Below, piece after piece: positions 29,229 to 39,874 of a stretch of 64,000 nucleotides of DNA. The notes beneath the pieces were generated by a model that had not been told where the DNA came from, made no database searches, and worked only from the letters and a program-made list of their open reading frames with translations. The translations under genes were made by a program, and so were the position numbers. Position 1 is the first letter of the stretch. The number at the start of each line of letters is the position of its first letter. This DNA is from an uncultured Gemmatimonas sp. Lineage in GTDB: Bacteria; Gemmatimonadota; Gemmatimonadetes; Gemmatimonadales; Gemmatimonadaceae. Location: contig CAZCIM010000003.1 of the NCBI GenBank assembly GCA_964498895.1, positions 9,186-73,185 on the forward strand, given 5' to 3'.

Positions 29229-31363
29229 GCGCGCCCTGGCGCGTCGGCGTGGACGTGGGCGGCACGTTCACGGACCGCGCCGCCCTCACTGACGACGGAC
29301 ACGTCGTCGCGCACAAGGTGCTGTCCACGCCGGGTGACCAAGGCGAGGGCGTCGTCCACTCGCTCGCGGGGCTCGACGCGCGGGCCGCGGCCATCGTGCA
29401 CGGCACCACCGTGGTCACGAACCTCCTGCTCGAGCGCCGCGGGGCGCGCGTGGTGCTCTGTACCACCGAAGGCGCGGAGGACGTGCTGCTTCTGCGTCGG
29501 CAAGATCGCGCGTCGCTCTACGACTTGAGCCGCGCGCATCCGGCGCCACTCGTTGCCCGCGAGGACGTCATCGGCGTACGCGAGCGCATCGTGATGCGCG
29601 ACGCTGTAGCCGCTGCGCAGCCTCGCAGCGGCGGGCCGCAGGCCGCCCCAACTCTCGCGCCGATTCCGCTGGTTCCTCTCGACGGCAGCGAGATCGCGCG
29701 TGTGGTCGCGGCGGTGCTTGCCCGCGAGCCGGAGATCGTGCTCATCGCCTTGCTGCACAGCTACGCCGATGCTTCGCACGAGCGCATGCTGGCCGAAGCG
29801 CTGCGCGCTGCGCGTCCGGCGCTCGAGGTGGTGACCAGCAGCGAGGTGCTTCCGGAGATTCGTGAGTACGAGCGCTTCGCCACGGCCAGCGCGGAGGCCT
29901 ATGCACGGCCCGCGGTGATGCGGTATCTGCGTGGGCTCGGGGCACGACTCGACGCGGCTGGCCAGCCCGCGCCGAGTGTGATGACCAGCGGTGGTGGCAT
30001 GCAGCCGGCAGACGCGGCCGCGCGCCATGCGGCGGCTCTCGCGTTGTCGGGGCCGGCTGGCGGGATCGTCGGTGCGGCAGCAGTGCTGCGCGCGCTGCGT
30101 GAGATGCCCAACGTGCCGGCCGCGCCCCCCGTGGCGGCGGCGCCCGGCGCAGGCATGCAGCCGTTGCACCACTTCGCCGATGCGCTCACGATGGACATCG
30201 GCGGCACGAGCGCGGATGCCGGACTAATTCTCGCCGGCGAACCCTTGGTCGAAAGCGGCGGCGATGTCGCCGGTGTACCGATCGCGCTGCCGCGCGTGCT
30301 TGTCGAGACCGTGAGCGCCGGCGGCGGCAGCATCGCCTGGGTGGACGACGGCGGCGCCTTGCGCGTCGGCCCGCGCTCCGCCGGCGCGCGTCCCGGTCCC
30401 GTGGCATTCGGTCGGGGCGGCACGGAGCCCACGGTCACGGACGCGCAGCTGGTGCTCGGTCGCATCGCCGCGCGCAGCATGAGTGGCGGTGTCTCGCTCG
30501 ATGTGCTCGCCGCCAACGCCGCCATCGCAAGACTCGCCCAGCGGCTCGGCAGCGGGGTCCTGGAGACGGCGCGCGCCATCATCGCCATCGCCGACGCCGA
30601 GATGGCCCGCGCGCTTCGCCGCGTGAGCGTCGAGCGCGGCGTGGATCCGAGGGAGTGCACGCTGGTGGCCTTCGGCGGCGGCGGTCCGCTGCACGCCTGT
30701 GCCTTGGCGGATGCGTTGTCCATGCCACGCGTGCTGGTGCCGCCCTTTGCCGGCGTGCTCAGCGCGGTGGGGCTGGCGCTGGCACCGGAGCGCTACGATG
30801 CGGCGGTGAGCGTCATCGAGCGGGCGTCGCGACTCACGCGCGACGCGCTGCGGCGCGTGGACCGCGAGTTGTCGGCGGCGCTCTCGCATGCACAGCAGGC
30901 CGCTGCTGACCACGAGTCTGCGACGTCCGCGGCTGCGGCCTCGCCACGCACACGCCGGACCTTCGCCCGTGTGCGCTACGTGGGGCAAGGCCATGAGCTT
31001 GAGGTGCCCGTGCAGCCTGACGACGACGGCGCCGCGATTGCGGCGCGTTTCGCCGAACTGCACGCCTCGCGCGTCGGCTTCACGCTGCCGGCGGACGCGG
31101 AAATCGTGGCGATGCGCCTCGAGCTCAGCGAACCCGCCCGCGCGGTGCGCTTCGTGCGTAGCGCGGGCGCAGGGGAAGGGCAGCGCAGCGGCGCCCCCGC
31201 GCCGACGTCCGACGCTCCCGCGCGCGGCCCTGCGACCGTCGCCCTCTCCGACGCCACGATGTTCGTCGCCGAAGGCTGGACCGCCACCCCACTGGCGATC
31301 GGCGGTTGGCTGCTGGAACGCCATGCGCCTGTTGCCGCAGCGCAGGCCGGAGCCCACGCATGA
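29225..31363 (+). CDS. Hydantoinase/oxoprolinase subunit A
   Basis: [37 protein letters not shown]; probable CTG start overlapping the upstream TGA. Confidence 0.88.
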   Translation: MSAPWRVGVDVGGTFTDRAALTDDGHVVAHKVLSTPGDQGEGVVHSLAGLDARAAAIVHGTTVVTNLLLERRGARVVLCTTEGAEDVLLLRRQDRASLYDLSRAHPAPLVAREDVIGVRERIVMRDAVAAAQPRSGGPQAAPTLAPIPLVPLDGSEIARVVAAVLAREPEIVLIALLHSYADASHERMLAEALRAARPALEVVTSSEVLPEIREYERFATASAEAYARPAVMRYLRGLGARLDAAGQPAPSVMTSGGGMQPADAAARHAAALALSGPAGGIVGAAAVLRALREMPNVPAAPPVAAAPGAGMQPLHHFADALTMDIGGTSADAGLILAGEPLVESGGDVAGVPIALPRVLVETVSAGGGSIAWVDDGGALRVGPRSAGARPGPVAFGRGGTEPTVTDAQLVLGRIAARSMSGGVSLDVLAANAAIARLAQRLGSGVLETARAIIAIADAEMARALRRVSVERGVDPRECTLVAFGGGGPLHACALADALSMPRVLVPPFAGVLSAVGLALAPERYDAAVSVIERASRLTRDALRRVDRELSAALSHAQQAAADHESATSAAAASPRTRRTFARVRYVGQGHELEVPVQPDDDGAAIAARFAELHASRVGFTLPADAEIVAMRLELSEPARAVRFVRSAGAGEGQRSGAPAPTSDAPARGPATVALSDATMFVAEGWTATPLAIGGWLLERHAPVAAAQAGAHA

Positions 31364-32925
31364 GTACCGCGCTCGACCTCGCCGTCTGGGCCTCGGCGTT
31401 CGCGACCGTCGCCGAGGAGATGGGCAGCGTGCTGATCCGCGGCGCGCTCTCGCCCAACATCCGCGAGCGCCGCGACGCCAGCTGTGCGCTCTTCGATGCC
31501 AATGGCCGGATGATCGCGCAGGCCGCGCACATTCCCGTGCATCTAGGTGCGCTGCCCGAAGCCGTTCGCGCCGTGCGCGCGCTGGGGCCGCGGCCCGGCG
31601 ACGTGTTCCTGCTCAATTCGCCGTGGAGCGGTGGCTCGCATCTGCCCGATCTCACGATGATCGAGGCCATCGCCAGCGCGCCGCCGCGCGGCGCAGATGG
31701 GGGCACAGCTGCGAGCGCAGCCGCCGCGGAGATCGTCGGCTACGCCGTGGTGCGCGCGCACCACGCGGACGTGGGCGGCATGAGCCCCGGCTCCATGCCG
31801 CAGGGGGCCACCGAACTCGTGCAGGAGGGCCTCGTGCTCCCGCCCATTCGCCTCGTGCGTGCGGGCGTGCTCGACGAGGAGCTGCTCGCGCTGGTACTCG
31901 CCAACGTGCGCACGCCGGACGAGCGCCGCGGCGATCTCGCGGCGCAGCGCGCGAGTTGCGCCGCAGGTGCCGCGGGCTATCGCGCGCTCATATCCCGCCA
32001 CGGCCGCGCGGCGGTGGAGCAGGCGGGCCAGGCGTTGCTCGACTACGCCGAGCGCCGTGCCGTCGCGCGGCTGCGGCAACTCGACGGCGCAACGAGCGTG
32101 GCCATGGATGCGCTCGAAGGCGACGGCGTGAGTGACGCCGACGTTCCGCTGCGCGTGGCGCTGCAGATCCGCGACGGCCGCCTGCACGTCGATTTCGCCG
32201 GCAGCAGCCCGATGGTCGCGGGCAACGTCAACTGCCCGATCCAAGTGACGCGCGCGGCGGCGCTGTTCGTGCTGCGCACGTTGCTCGACGACGACGTCCC
32301 CACCAACGAGGGCATCGCGCGGCCGATCGAGATCTCAGCGCCCGACGATTGCTGCCTCAACGCCAAAGCGCCCGCAGCCGTGGCAGCGGGCAACGTGGAG
32401 ATGAGCCAGCGCATCACGGATCTCCTGTTTGCCGCGCTCGCCGCCGGCGGCGTAGACGTGCCGGCGCAGGGGCAGGGCACGATGAACAACGTCACCTTCG
32501 GTGGCGCCGGCTGGACGTTCTACGAGACACTCGGTGGCGGCCAGGGCGCGAGCGCCAAGGGCCCCGGCCCCAGCGGCGTGCACGTGGGCATGAGCAACAC
32601 GCGCAACACGCCGATCGAGTCGCTGGAGCACGCGTATCCGATCGTGATCGAACGTTACGCGCTCCGTTCCGGAAGCGGCGGCAGCGGCCGGCAGGCGGGC
32701 GGTGAGGGCATCCTGCGGCGCTACAAAGTGCTCGAGCCCTGCACGGTGACATTACTCACTGAGCGCCGCACACGCGCCCCGCGTGGCAGCGACGGAGGCG
32801 GCGATGGCGCGCGCGGTGAGAATCTGCTCAATGGCGAGCCCCTGCCCGCCAAGTGCCGCCGCCAGCTCAAGCCGGGCGACGTGCTCGAGATTCGCACGCC
32901 GGGCGGTGGCGGTTGGGGACGCTGA
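31360..32925 (+). CDS. Hydantoinase/oxoprolinase subunit B
   Basis: [39 protein letters not shown]; ATGA overlap. Confidence 0.92.
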   Translation: MSTALDLAVWASAFATVAEEMGSVLIRGALSPNIRERRDASCALFDANGRMIAQAAHIPVHLGALPEAVRAVRALGPRPGDVFLLNSPWSGGSHLPDLTMIEAIASAPPRGADGGTAASAAAAEIVGYAVVRAHHADVGGMSPGSMPQGATELVQEGLVLPPIRLVRAGVLDEELLALVLANVRTPDERRGDLAAQRASCAAGAAGYRALISRHGRAAVEQAGQALLDYAERRAVARLRQLDGATSVAMDALEGDGVSDADVPLRVALQIRDGRLHVDFAGSSPMVAGNVNCPIQVTRAAALFVLRTLLDDDVPTNEGIARPIEISAPDDCCLNAKAPAAVAAGNVEMSQRITDLLFAALAAGGVDVPAQGQGTMNNVTFGGAGWTFYETLGGGQGASAKGPGPSGVHVGMSNTRNTPIESLEHAYPIVIERYALRSGSGGSGRQAGGEGILRRYKVLEPCTVTLLTERRTRAPRGSDGGGDGARGENLLNGEPLPAKCRRQLKPGDVLEIRTPGGGGWGR

Positions 32926-33072
32926 GAGAGGAGAGACGGGGGCAGGGGCGGAGAGGGGGAGACGCGAATGCGAGAGACGGGGGTCAGATGGGATACGTAT
33001 CCCGTCTGCCCCCCGTCTTTCGGGCTACCGTCGTCCCATCTCCGCCCCCGTCCCCCTCTTCCGTCTCCCAGC
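32926..33072. repeat. Long imperfect palindrome between convergent genes
   Basis: Centre CAGATGGGATAC|GTATCCCGTCTG; purine-rich left arm and pyrimidine-rich right arm with GAGACGG/CCGTCTC units. Confidence 0.75.
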
Positions 33073-33075
33073 CGT

Positions 33076-35067
33076 TCAAGGGATCGGAAACTGCCCCGTC
33101 TGTCCGCTGCGCCGCTTGGTCCCCTCTGACGGCGTCACGCGCTTCCAGACCTGCGCCGCGGCGAACGTCGCCAGCAGATGCGGATCCACGAGCCCGCCCT
33201 TCGCCTCGGCGTGCAGGATGTCCAGCGCGCGCTCCGCGGGCACCGCGCGCTTGTACGGCCGGTCCGTCGCCGTGAGCGCATCGTAGATGTCCGCGATCGT
33301 CATCATGCGCGTCTGCACGGGAATCTCCGGCTCCTTCACACCCCGCGGGTAGCCCATGCCGTTGAGCTTCTCGTGATGCCCGTACGCGATCTCGGGAATG
33401 CCCTTCAGCTCGCGCGTCCACGGGATCTGCTGCAGGAAGCGATACGTATGCGTCACATGGCTCTCGATCTCGCGCCGCTCGCGCAGGTCGAGATTGCCCT
33501 TGTTGATCATCAGGAAGCGCAGTTCGTCTTCGCTGAGCAACGGCCGTACCACGCCGTCGAAGTCCACGTAGGTCTGCCGGTGGATCTCCTCGAGCTCGTG
33601 GAACGTGCCCTCGGGCAGGATCGTCGGCTCGTTCGCGCGCACGATGGCGTCGAGCCAGCGCGCGAGGCGATCGCGCTCTTCGCGACGCATCTCATCCAGG
33701 CGAATCGCCGCCTCGGCGTAGTCGCGCTGCCCGTGCTCGGCCAGGTACTCGGCCCGCTCGCGCTCGTATTCCAGGTCCGCCTGTTGCATCAGGAACTGGA
33801 AGCGCGAGCGCACCAGCGCGAGGTCGTGGTTGTAGAGCTTCTTCTGCTTCACCAGCACTTGCTCGCGCACGCCGACCTTGCCGAAGTCGTGCAGCAGCCC
33901 CGCGTAGCGCAGCTCGCGCAGTTGGTCCTTGCTGAACGTGAGGCCCTTGTACGGACCCTCGCCGGCGCGGTCCACGCTCTCGGCGAGGCCCGTGGTGAGC
34001 GTCGCCACGCGGAACGAGTGACCGCTGGTGGTGGGGTCTCGTGATTCGATCGCCGTCACCGCGGCGGTCACGAAGCCCTCGAACAGCCGCTCGATGTCCT
34101 CGTACAGGTGCGAGTTCTCGATCGCCACCGCCGCCTGCGCAGCCAGCGCCGCCACCATCTCAGCCGAGTACTCGTCGAAGGGGACCACCTGCTGCGTCAC
34201 CGCGTCCGCGGTGGTCAGCCGCACGTCGAAGTCGCGCTTGCGGTTGATCAGCTGCAGCACGCCGATCACTTCGTCCTTCAGCGTGAACATCGGCTGCACC
34301 AGCATGCTCTTGGTGCGGTAGCCGAACTTGTCGTCGAAGCTGCGGTTCTGCCGGTACGTGACGTGCTCGGGCAGCAGATACACGTCGCCGATCATCAGGC
34401 GCTCGCCCGTGGCCGCCACGTAACCCGAGAGCGAGGTGTGGTCGATCGGGATCGTGAACTCGCTGAACGGCAGCTCGGGCAGCGTGGTGTTCTGCGAGAG
34501 CTTGAAGCGCAGCGTGGTCGGATTCCCCTGCTCGTCCTGCTCCACGAGGTACAGCGAGCCGGCGTCGGCATTGGAGAGCCGCCGCGCCTGCGTGAGGATC
34601 ATCCCCAGCAGCGTGTCGAGATCGCGCTCGGTGGCCAGCGCGGCGCCGACGCGCGAGAGCTCGCGCAGGTCGCTGGCCGACGATTGCTGCAGCTGCCGCG
34701 AGCGCGCCGCGGCCACCAACGTGGCAGCATGCCGCAGGGCGCCCTGCAACACCGTGCGGCCCAGCGCCGGATGCGCATCGGCGGGCAACCAGCCCACCAG
34801 TGCCGCATCGGCGAGCGCGCCGCTCGGCCCCGGCTCGCCGCTCTCGCCCACGCCCACGAGGGCCGCGTGCTCGGCCAACGGTGCCAAGTGGGCCGCGGAG
34901 CCGTGCGCGAGCGCGGCGTCCACGAGCATCACCACCGGACGATCCGTGGGAAGCTCGCTGGCGTGCGGCAGCGTGCGGATGCGCCGCAGCTCCACGGCGG
35001 CGTCGGCGCCGAGCGTGGGGAGGGCGGGGAAGGCGCGGCCTTCGGGAGCGAGGACTAGGGGCTGCAC
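33076..35067 (-). CDS. GAF + HD-GYP cyclic-nucleotide phosphodiesterase
   Basis: GAF domain, TSGHSFRVA, LHDFGKVG, HHEKLNGMGYP, ADIYDALT..RPYK. Confidence 0.9.
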   Translation of the reverse strand: MQPLVLAPEGRAFPALPTLGADAAVELRRIRTLPHASELPTDRPVVMLVDAALAHGSAAHLAPLAEHAALVGVGESGEPGPSGALADAALVGWLPADAHPALGRTVLQGALRHAATLVAAARSRQLQQSSASDLRELSRVGAALATERDLDTLLGMILTQARRLSNADAGSLYLVEQDEQGNPTTLRFKLSQNTTLPELPFSEFTIPIDHTSLSGYVAATGERLMIGDVYLLPEHVTYRQNRSFDDKFGYRTKSMLVQPMFTLKDEVIGVLQLINRKRDFDVRLTTADAVTQQVVPFDEYSAEMVAALAAQAAVAIENSHLYEDIERLFEGFVTAAVTAIESRDPTTSGHSFRVATLTTGLAESVDRAGEGPYKGLTFSKDQLRELRYAGLLHDFGKVGVREQVLVKQKKLYNHDLALVRSRFQFLMQQADLEYERERAEYLAEHGQRDYAEAAIRLDEMRREERDRLARWLDAIVRANEPTILPEGTFHELEEIHRQTYVDFDGVVRPLLSEDELRFLMINKGNLDLRERREIESHVTHTYRFLQQIPWTRELKGIPEIAYGHHEKLNGMGYPRGVKEPEIPVQTRMMTIADIYDALTATDRPYKRAVPAERALDILHAEAKGGLVDPHLLATFAAAQVWKRVTPSEGTKRRSGQTGQFPIP

Positions 35068-35134
35068 GGATCTCGCGGAGGAGAAACGGGAGTGAACCGG
35101 CGCTTAAGGCGAATCGCAATCAGGGGAGAAACTC

Positions 35135-35169
35135 GAACCGCCGGCGCCCGTGGTGGGCACCGGCGGTTC
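35135..35169 (-). terminator. GC-rich hairpin, probable terminator downstream of the CsgG-like gene
   Basis: GAACCGCCGGCGCCC-GTGGT-GGGCACCGGCGGTTC; only a weak U tract. Confidence 0.5.
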
Positions 35170-35227
35170 AAAGTTGTCGCGGCCTACGGCGCGCGGCTAG
35201 TGAACGGCACGCGCCGCCACGCCGTGC

Positions 35228-35944
35228 TTAGTTGCTGCCCGCGCCCTGCAGGCGATCACGCGCCTTCTTGGCGTCCTCGAACTCCGGGAACTCGTTCACC
35301 ACCTGGCTGAAGAGCGTGAGCGCTTCCTGGCGGTTGCCGGCGTCCTGGGCGCTGATGGCGCGCGAGTACATCATCACGGCGCGGAAGGGCACGCGGGCCT
35401 GCGCCTGCGTGCGGGCCTCGCTGGTCTGGCGGGCCTGCGGCGTGAGGGCCGGCAGGTTCAGGCCACGGTTCGCCGCCTGGCCCACCTTGCTGACGAGCGC
35501 CAGGAAGTTGTCCGTGCGGTCGCGATCCATGTGCGTCCAGCTGATGCGCGAGGTCTCGGTGTCGATCGTCTTGAGCGTCAGCACCATGGTGCCGGAGCGG
35601 TCCGTGACGAACGAGCCGGTGATCATGTGCTTGGCGCCGAGCAGGCGGCCGATGCGCGCGGCGGTGGCGTCGTCCACGCGGCCGTCGCGGGCAAGGTTCT
35701 GCTCGCGCAGGATGTTCTCGATGTTCTCGCGCTCGACCACACGGATGCCCGTGTTCTGCGCGAGTTCGATGATCAGAAGGTCCGCGATGCCCTTGGAGAG
35801 CGGCGCGAGTTCCGCGTTGGCCGCGCCGATCGCGCTGTTCACGAACGGCAGCACCGCCACGGTCGGGCGCGTGTCGTCCTGGGCGAGCGCGGGCATCGTC
35901 GCCAAGGCGAGCACGGCAGTGGCACGCACGATCTGCTTCAACAT
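35228..35944 (-). CDS. Secreted CsgG/TolB-N-like protein with C-terminal TPR-like helices
   Basis: Signal peptide, TVAVLPF, VVERE..ILREQ, AARIGRLLGA..ITGSF. Confidence 0.75.
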   Translation of the reverse strand: MLKQIVRATAVLALATMPALAQDDTRPTVAVLPFVNSAIGAANAELAPLSKGIADLLIIELAQNTGIRVVERENIENILREQNLARDGRVDDATAARIGRLLGAKHMITGSFVTDRSGTMVLTLKTIDTETSRISWTHMDRDRTDNFLALVSKVGQAANRGLNLPALTPQARQTSEARTQAQARVPFRAVMMYSRAISAQDAGNRQEALTLFSQVVNEFPEFEDAKKARDRLQGAGSN

Positions 35945-35963
35945 CTGACAGCCTCCGGGGAGG

Positions 35964-36839
35964 TTAGAGAGACAGGGTCAAGCCTTCCGCGGCGGCCACC
36001 ACCTGCACGCTGGCCCCACGGTCCTTCACCATCTGGCGGCAGGCCGCCACCTGCTGGTCCAACTGGTCATCGGTGCGCCGCGGCTCGTGGTGGAACAGCA
36101 CCAGCGTCCCCACCTGCGCGTCGCAGGCCAACTGTACGGCTTCGGCGTAGGTCGAGTGCCCCCAGCCGCGGTGATGATCGTATTCCTCGGTGGTGTAAGT
36201 GGTGTCGTGGATCAGCACCGCTGCCCCACGGCAGAACTCCACCATCTTGGCCCGCCAGTCGGGCGGCGAGTCGTACCGCGGGTGCGGCGAGAGCTCGCTG
36301 TCCGACACATACACCAACGCCCCGTCCTTCTTGCCGGCCGCCGTGAACCGGTAGCCCAGCGCCCCGCCGGGGTGCTGCACCGCAAACGCTGTCACTTCAT
36401 ACCCGTTGCCCTGGGTGGGGGTGCCCTCCGGCAGCCCCTTGAAGTCGATCGTCGCGTCCAGCTCCTCGAAGCTCACCGGAAACACGACGGGCGACATCTG
36501 GTCCCGCAACACCTTCGCGAAGCTGCGCTCCAGCGACTCGGAGCCCCAGATCGTGAAGTGATTCCCACGGCCGAAGATCGGCGCGAAGAACGGGATGCCC
36601 TGGATGTGGTCCCAGTGCGCGTGCGTGAGGAACAAGTCCCCCACGATCGGCGCTCCGTTGGACCGCCCCAGCAGGTCCCGCCCCAGCTCACGGATGCCCG
36701 TGCCGGCGTCGAGGATGATCAGCCATCCGTCGGCCGTGCGGATCTCCGTGCAGGGGGTGTTGCCCCCGTACCGCACCGTCTGCGCGCCCGGGGTCGGAAT
36801 GGACCCGCGGGTGCCCCAGAATCGCACCCGCAAGCTCAT
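35964..36839 (-). CDS. MBL-fold metallohydrolase (putative cyclic-nucleotide phosphodiesterase)
   Basis: FWGTRGSIP, YGGNTPC, DAGTG, THAHWDHIQG, WGHS, LFHHEP. Confidence 0.88.
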   Translation of the reverse strand: MSLRVRFWGTRGSIPTPGAQTVRYGGNTPCTEIRTADGWLIILDAGTGIRELGRDLLGRSNGAPIVGDLFLTHAHWDHIQGIPFFAPIFGRGNHFTIWGSESLERSFAKVLRDQMSPVVFPVSFEELDATIDFKGLPEGTPTQGNGYEVTAFAVQHPGGALGYRFTAAGKKDGALVYVSDSELSPHPRYDSPPDWRAKMVEFCRGAAVLIHDTTYTTEEYDHHRGWGHSTYAEAVQLACDAQVGTLVLFHHEPRRTDDQLDQQVAACRQMVKDRGASVQVVAAAEGLTLSL

Positions 36840-36912
36840 CGCGCCCCCATGGTCACACTGAAATGTGCGCCCGCGGGGGCGTCGGCGTGAAGGAAGGGCA
36901 TCACGGGGTCGG

Positions 36913-36928
36913 CGTGACGGATGTCACA
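36913..36928. promoter_or_regulatory. CRP-type binding site
   Basis: CGTGA-CGGATG-TCACA, one mismatch to TGTGA-N6-TCACA, between the Crp and MBL genes. Confidence 0.6.
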
Positions 36929-36981
36929 GGGCGCAACCGCCCCGGCGGCGACCGCCCCCCGCGCCAGTCGTGCCGCTGCCA

Positions 36982-37653
36982 TCACAGGCGCTGCTGCGAG
37001 CGCTTCTCAAGCGCCGCGCGGTCGGTGATGCGGATCTTCCGGCGCTCGGTGCTGATCCAGCCCGATTCCACGAACTCCCGCATCGCGCGGCTCACGGTCT
37101 CACGGCTGGCGCCGATCACGTGCGCGATGGTCTGGTGCGTGAGCGGCTTCTCGATGAAGTCCTTGCCGCCCTCATCCGCGGCGTCGAGGATCACGCGGGC
37201 GATGCGGCCGGGCACGTCCAGCAGGACCAGCGAGCCGATCTTGTCGTCCGCACGGCGCAGCCGGCGCGACATCTCGACCAGCAGCGCCCAGGCCACCTGC
37301 GGGCTCTGCTCCACGCGGCGGCGGAAGTCGTCGCGGCGGAGCACGAGGAGCGTGGAGTCCTCCATGGCCACCACGTGGGCGGAGCGGGGCTGGTCGTCAA
37401 TGAGGGCCAGCTCGCCGAAGTGTTCGCCGACGCCCAGGATGCCGAGGATGACCTCGCGGCCGTCGTCGGCCACGAGCACCACCTTCACGCGGCCCTCGCG
37501 CACGACGAACAGCGAGTCGCCGGGATCGTCCTCGAAGAGGATGACGCTGCCCTTGGGATAGGACTTTTCCCGGGCCATCAGGGCGAAGTTCGCGACCTCG
37601 GGCCCAAGGCTACGGAACAGCGGGACGGAGGCAAGGAAATCGGCGGTGTTCAT
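36982..37653 (-). CDS. Crp/Fnr-family transcriptional regulator (CRP-like)
   Basis: cNMP pocket [12 protein letters not shown]; HTH recognition helix GASRETVSR. Confidence 0.92.
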   Translation of the reverse strand: MNTADFLASVPLFRSLGPEVANFALMAREKSYPKGSVILFEDDPGDSLFVVREGRVKVVLVADDGREVILGILGVGEHFGELALIDDQPRSAHVVAMEDSTLLVLRRDDFRRRVEQSPQVAWALLVEMSRRLRRADDKIGSLVLLDVPGRIARVILDAADEGGKDFIEKPLTHQTIAHVIGASRETVSRAMREFVESGWISTERRKIRITDRAALEKRSQQRL

Positions 37654-37757
37654 TGCGTGCACAGGGGGTGGGACCGCGCGAAACGTCTGTCTGGGGTGTA
37701 TCGCCGCGAAGGTAGCCCCACGGACGGACGCTGTCAAACGTTCAAATCGTTGTCACC

Positions 37758-37787
37758 TTGCATTTTACCCCCCACCTCGGCTATTCT
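37758..37787 (+). promoter_or_regulatory. Putative sigma-70 promoter for rpmE-prfA
   Basis: TTGCAT-N18-TATTCT. Confidence 0.4.
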
Positions 37788-37822
37788 TCTTGGCTCGATT
37801 CAATCCGCACCTGAGGTGTCCC

Positions 37823-38029
37823 ATGAAGCCCGAAATCCATCCGACTTACGCCACCGCCACGGTGAGCTGCGCCTGCGGCAACACGTTCCAGACGCGCTCG
37901 ACCATCGCGGAGATCCATACCGACATCTGCGCCGCTTGCCACCCGTTCTTCACGGGCAAGCAGAAGCTCATCGACACGGCTGGCCGTGTTGAGCGCTTCC
38001 GCCAGAAGTACGGGAAGGCGACCGCCTGA
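37823..38029 (+). CDS. rpmE: 50S ribosomal protein L31 (Zn-binding type)
   Basis: [34 protein letters not shown]. Confidence 0.97.
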   Translation: MKPEIHPTYATATVSCACGNTFQTRSTIAEIHTDICAACHPFFTGKQKLIDTAGRVERFRQKYGKATA

Positions 38030-39102
38030 GTATCCGCGACCGGCTCGCCGACGCGCTGCTGCGCGCCGAAGCGGTCGAGCGCGACCTTCTCGATCCCAAG
38101 ACCGTCCGCGACGCCAAGTTGATGGCGTCGCTGGGCCGTGAGCACCAGCGCCTCGGACAGGTCGTCGAGCGCGCCAAGGCCCTCGAGAAGATGGACGACG
38201 AGCTCGCGCAGGCGCGCGAGCTTTTGTCGTTTGATGACCCCGAGATGGCCGCCGAGGCGCGTCGTGAAGTCGAGCGCCTGGGCGAGGCCATCGCGGCGGC
38301 GGAGCTCGAGCTCCGCCCCCTGCTCGTGCCGCCCGATCCGCTGCACGACCGCAACGCGATCTTCGAAATCCGCGCCGGAACCGGCGGCGATGAGGCCGCC
38401 TTGTTCGCCGCCGACCTCTACCGCATGTACACGCGGTATATCGAGCGCCACGGCGGCTGGCGGATCGAGATGATCTCCCTGGCCGACGGCACGCTGGGCG
38501 GCATCAAGGAAGCGATCTTCAAGGTCAGCGGTCCGCAGGCCTTCGGCGCGCTGCGTTTCGAATCCGGCGTGCATCGCGTGCAGCGCGTGCCCGCCACCGA
38601 GGCCGCCGGCCGCATCCACACCTCGGCGGCCACCGTCGCCGTGCTACCCGAAGCCGAGGAGATCGACCTCAAGATCGAGGACAAGGATCTCCGCATTGAC
38701 GTGTTCCGCTCGTCGGGCCCGGGCGGCCAGTCGGTGAACACCACGGACTCTGCGGTGCGCATCACGCACATTCCGTCTGGCCTCGTGGTCTCGCAGCAGG
38801 ATCAGAAGAGCCAGCTGCAGAACAAGATCAAGGCGATGGAAGTGCTGCGCTCACGCCTGCTCGACCTGAAGGTGGCGGAGGCGGAAGCCGAGCGCTCGCG
38901 CATGCGGAAGTCGCAGGTGTCCACGGGCGACCGCTCGGCGAAGATCCGGACGTACAACTATCCGCAGAGCCGCGTGACGGATCATCGCATCGGATTCACG
39001 ACGCATGATCTGGCAGGCGTGATGGATGGGAAGCTCGACGAGCTGATGGACGCGCTGCATCTGGCGGACATTGAGGAGCGGCTGGCGGGCGACGCGGGCT
39101 GA
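38026..39102 (+). CDS. prfA: Peptide chain release factor 1
   Basis: PAT tripeptide (RVPATE), [15 protein letters not shown]; RF1-like N-terminal helix extends to the CTG at 38026. Confidence 0.95.
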   Translation: MSIRDRLADALLRAEAVERDLLDPKTVRDAKLMASLGREHQRLGQVVERAKALEKMDDELAQARELLSFDDPEMAAEARREVERLGEAIAAAELELRPLLVPPDPLHDRNAIFEIRAGTGGDEAALFAADLYRMYTRYIERHGGWRIEMISLADGTLGGIKEAIFKVSGPQAFGALRFESGVHRVQRVPATEAAGRIHTSAATVAVLPEAEEIDLKIEDKDLRIDVFRSSGPGGQSVNTTDSAVRITHIPSGLVVSQQDQKSQLQNKIKAMEVLRSRLLDLKVAEAEAERSRMRKSQVSTGDRSAKIRTYNYPQSRVTDHRIGFTTHDLAGVMDGKLDELMDALHLADIEERLAGDAG

Positions 39103-39140
39103 GCACCGCAGGCTGAACGCCACGGGTTTCGCGCCGCCGG

Positions 39141-39518
39141 CTAGACGCCAAACCCTGCCGCTGCCGCGACCTCACGCTGTGCGCGGTCGATCGTCAAGAA
39201 CGTCAGCCGGCGATCCGGCGCGTAGGTGAGCGCGGTGGCGAGATGCCAGCAGTCGGCGCCGCGCAGGTAGCCGATCGCCAGTGTCTGCGCGATCTCGCGC
39301 GACAGTGGTTCGGGTGCGGCCAAAAGGTACGCGCCTCGCAGCGGAGATTCCGCGAGCGCAACGCCTTCGCGGGCGAGGGCGCTCGCCAGCTCCGCCTCCG
39401 TGAACACCGAGGTGACGACCCGGTCGAACTTCCCCAAGCGCCGTCTCAGGCTGGCAGCGCTGGGTTCACGGAACGCCAGAGCGACGAACACGGATGTATC
39501 CGCGTACGCGACGCTCAC
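39141..39518 (-). CDS. PIN-domain (VapC) toxin
   Basis: YADTS, E, LRGADCWHLATA, FLTIDR; overlaps the antitoxin stop. Confidence 0.85.
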   Translation of the reverse strand: MSVAYADTSVFVALAFREPSAASLRRRLGKFDRVVTSVFTEAELASALAREGVALAESPLRGAYLLAAPEPLSREIAQTLAIGYLRGADCWHLATALTYAPDRRLTFLTIDRAQREVAAAAGFGV

Positions 39519-39802
39519 TCGCGGTGCTCGAGGAAGCGCTTGAGGGCTCCCGGGCGCCTCACTCCGAGGGGGAACCGTGCCTTCCGCGGCGTGGCGGGCA
39601 CGGGGTAGACGTGTCCCGCCCTTGCGAGCTCCTCGTGCCGCTCCTCAGTGGATTTCACGCGCGCGGCATCCTCGAGCGGCCGCAGTTCGGCGACGGGCCG
39701 CCCGTGCACGGTGATCGTCACCGATTGGCCGCCCTCGCGCACTTGGCGCACGAGCTGCGAGAGCTTGGCCTTCGCTTCGTGCAGGGAGTAGCGCTTCGGC
39801 AT
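39515..39802 (-). CDS. Phd/YefM antitoxin
   Basis: YSLHEAKAKLSQLVRQV..VTITVHGRPVAEL. Confidence 0.88.
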   Translation of the reverse strand: MPKRYSLHEAKAKLSQLVRQVREGGQSVTITVHGRPVAELRPLEDAARVKSTEERHEELARAGHVYPVPATPRKARFPLGVRRPGALKRFLEHRE

Positions 39803-39874
39803 GATGGCAATATCGTGTATTCTGACCAATGTGGTCAATCTTTACGTTTGCCCTGTCACCGCCGTCTTCCCTGC

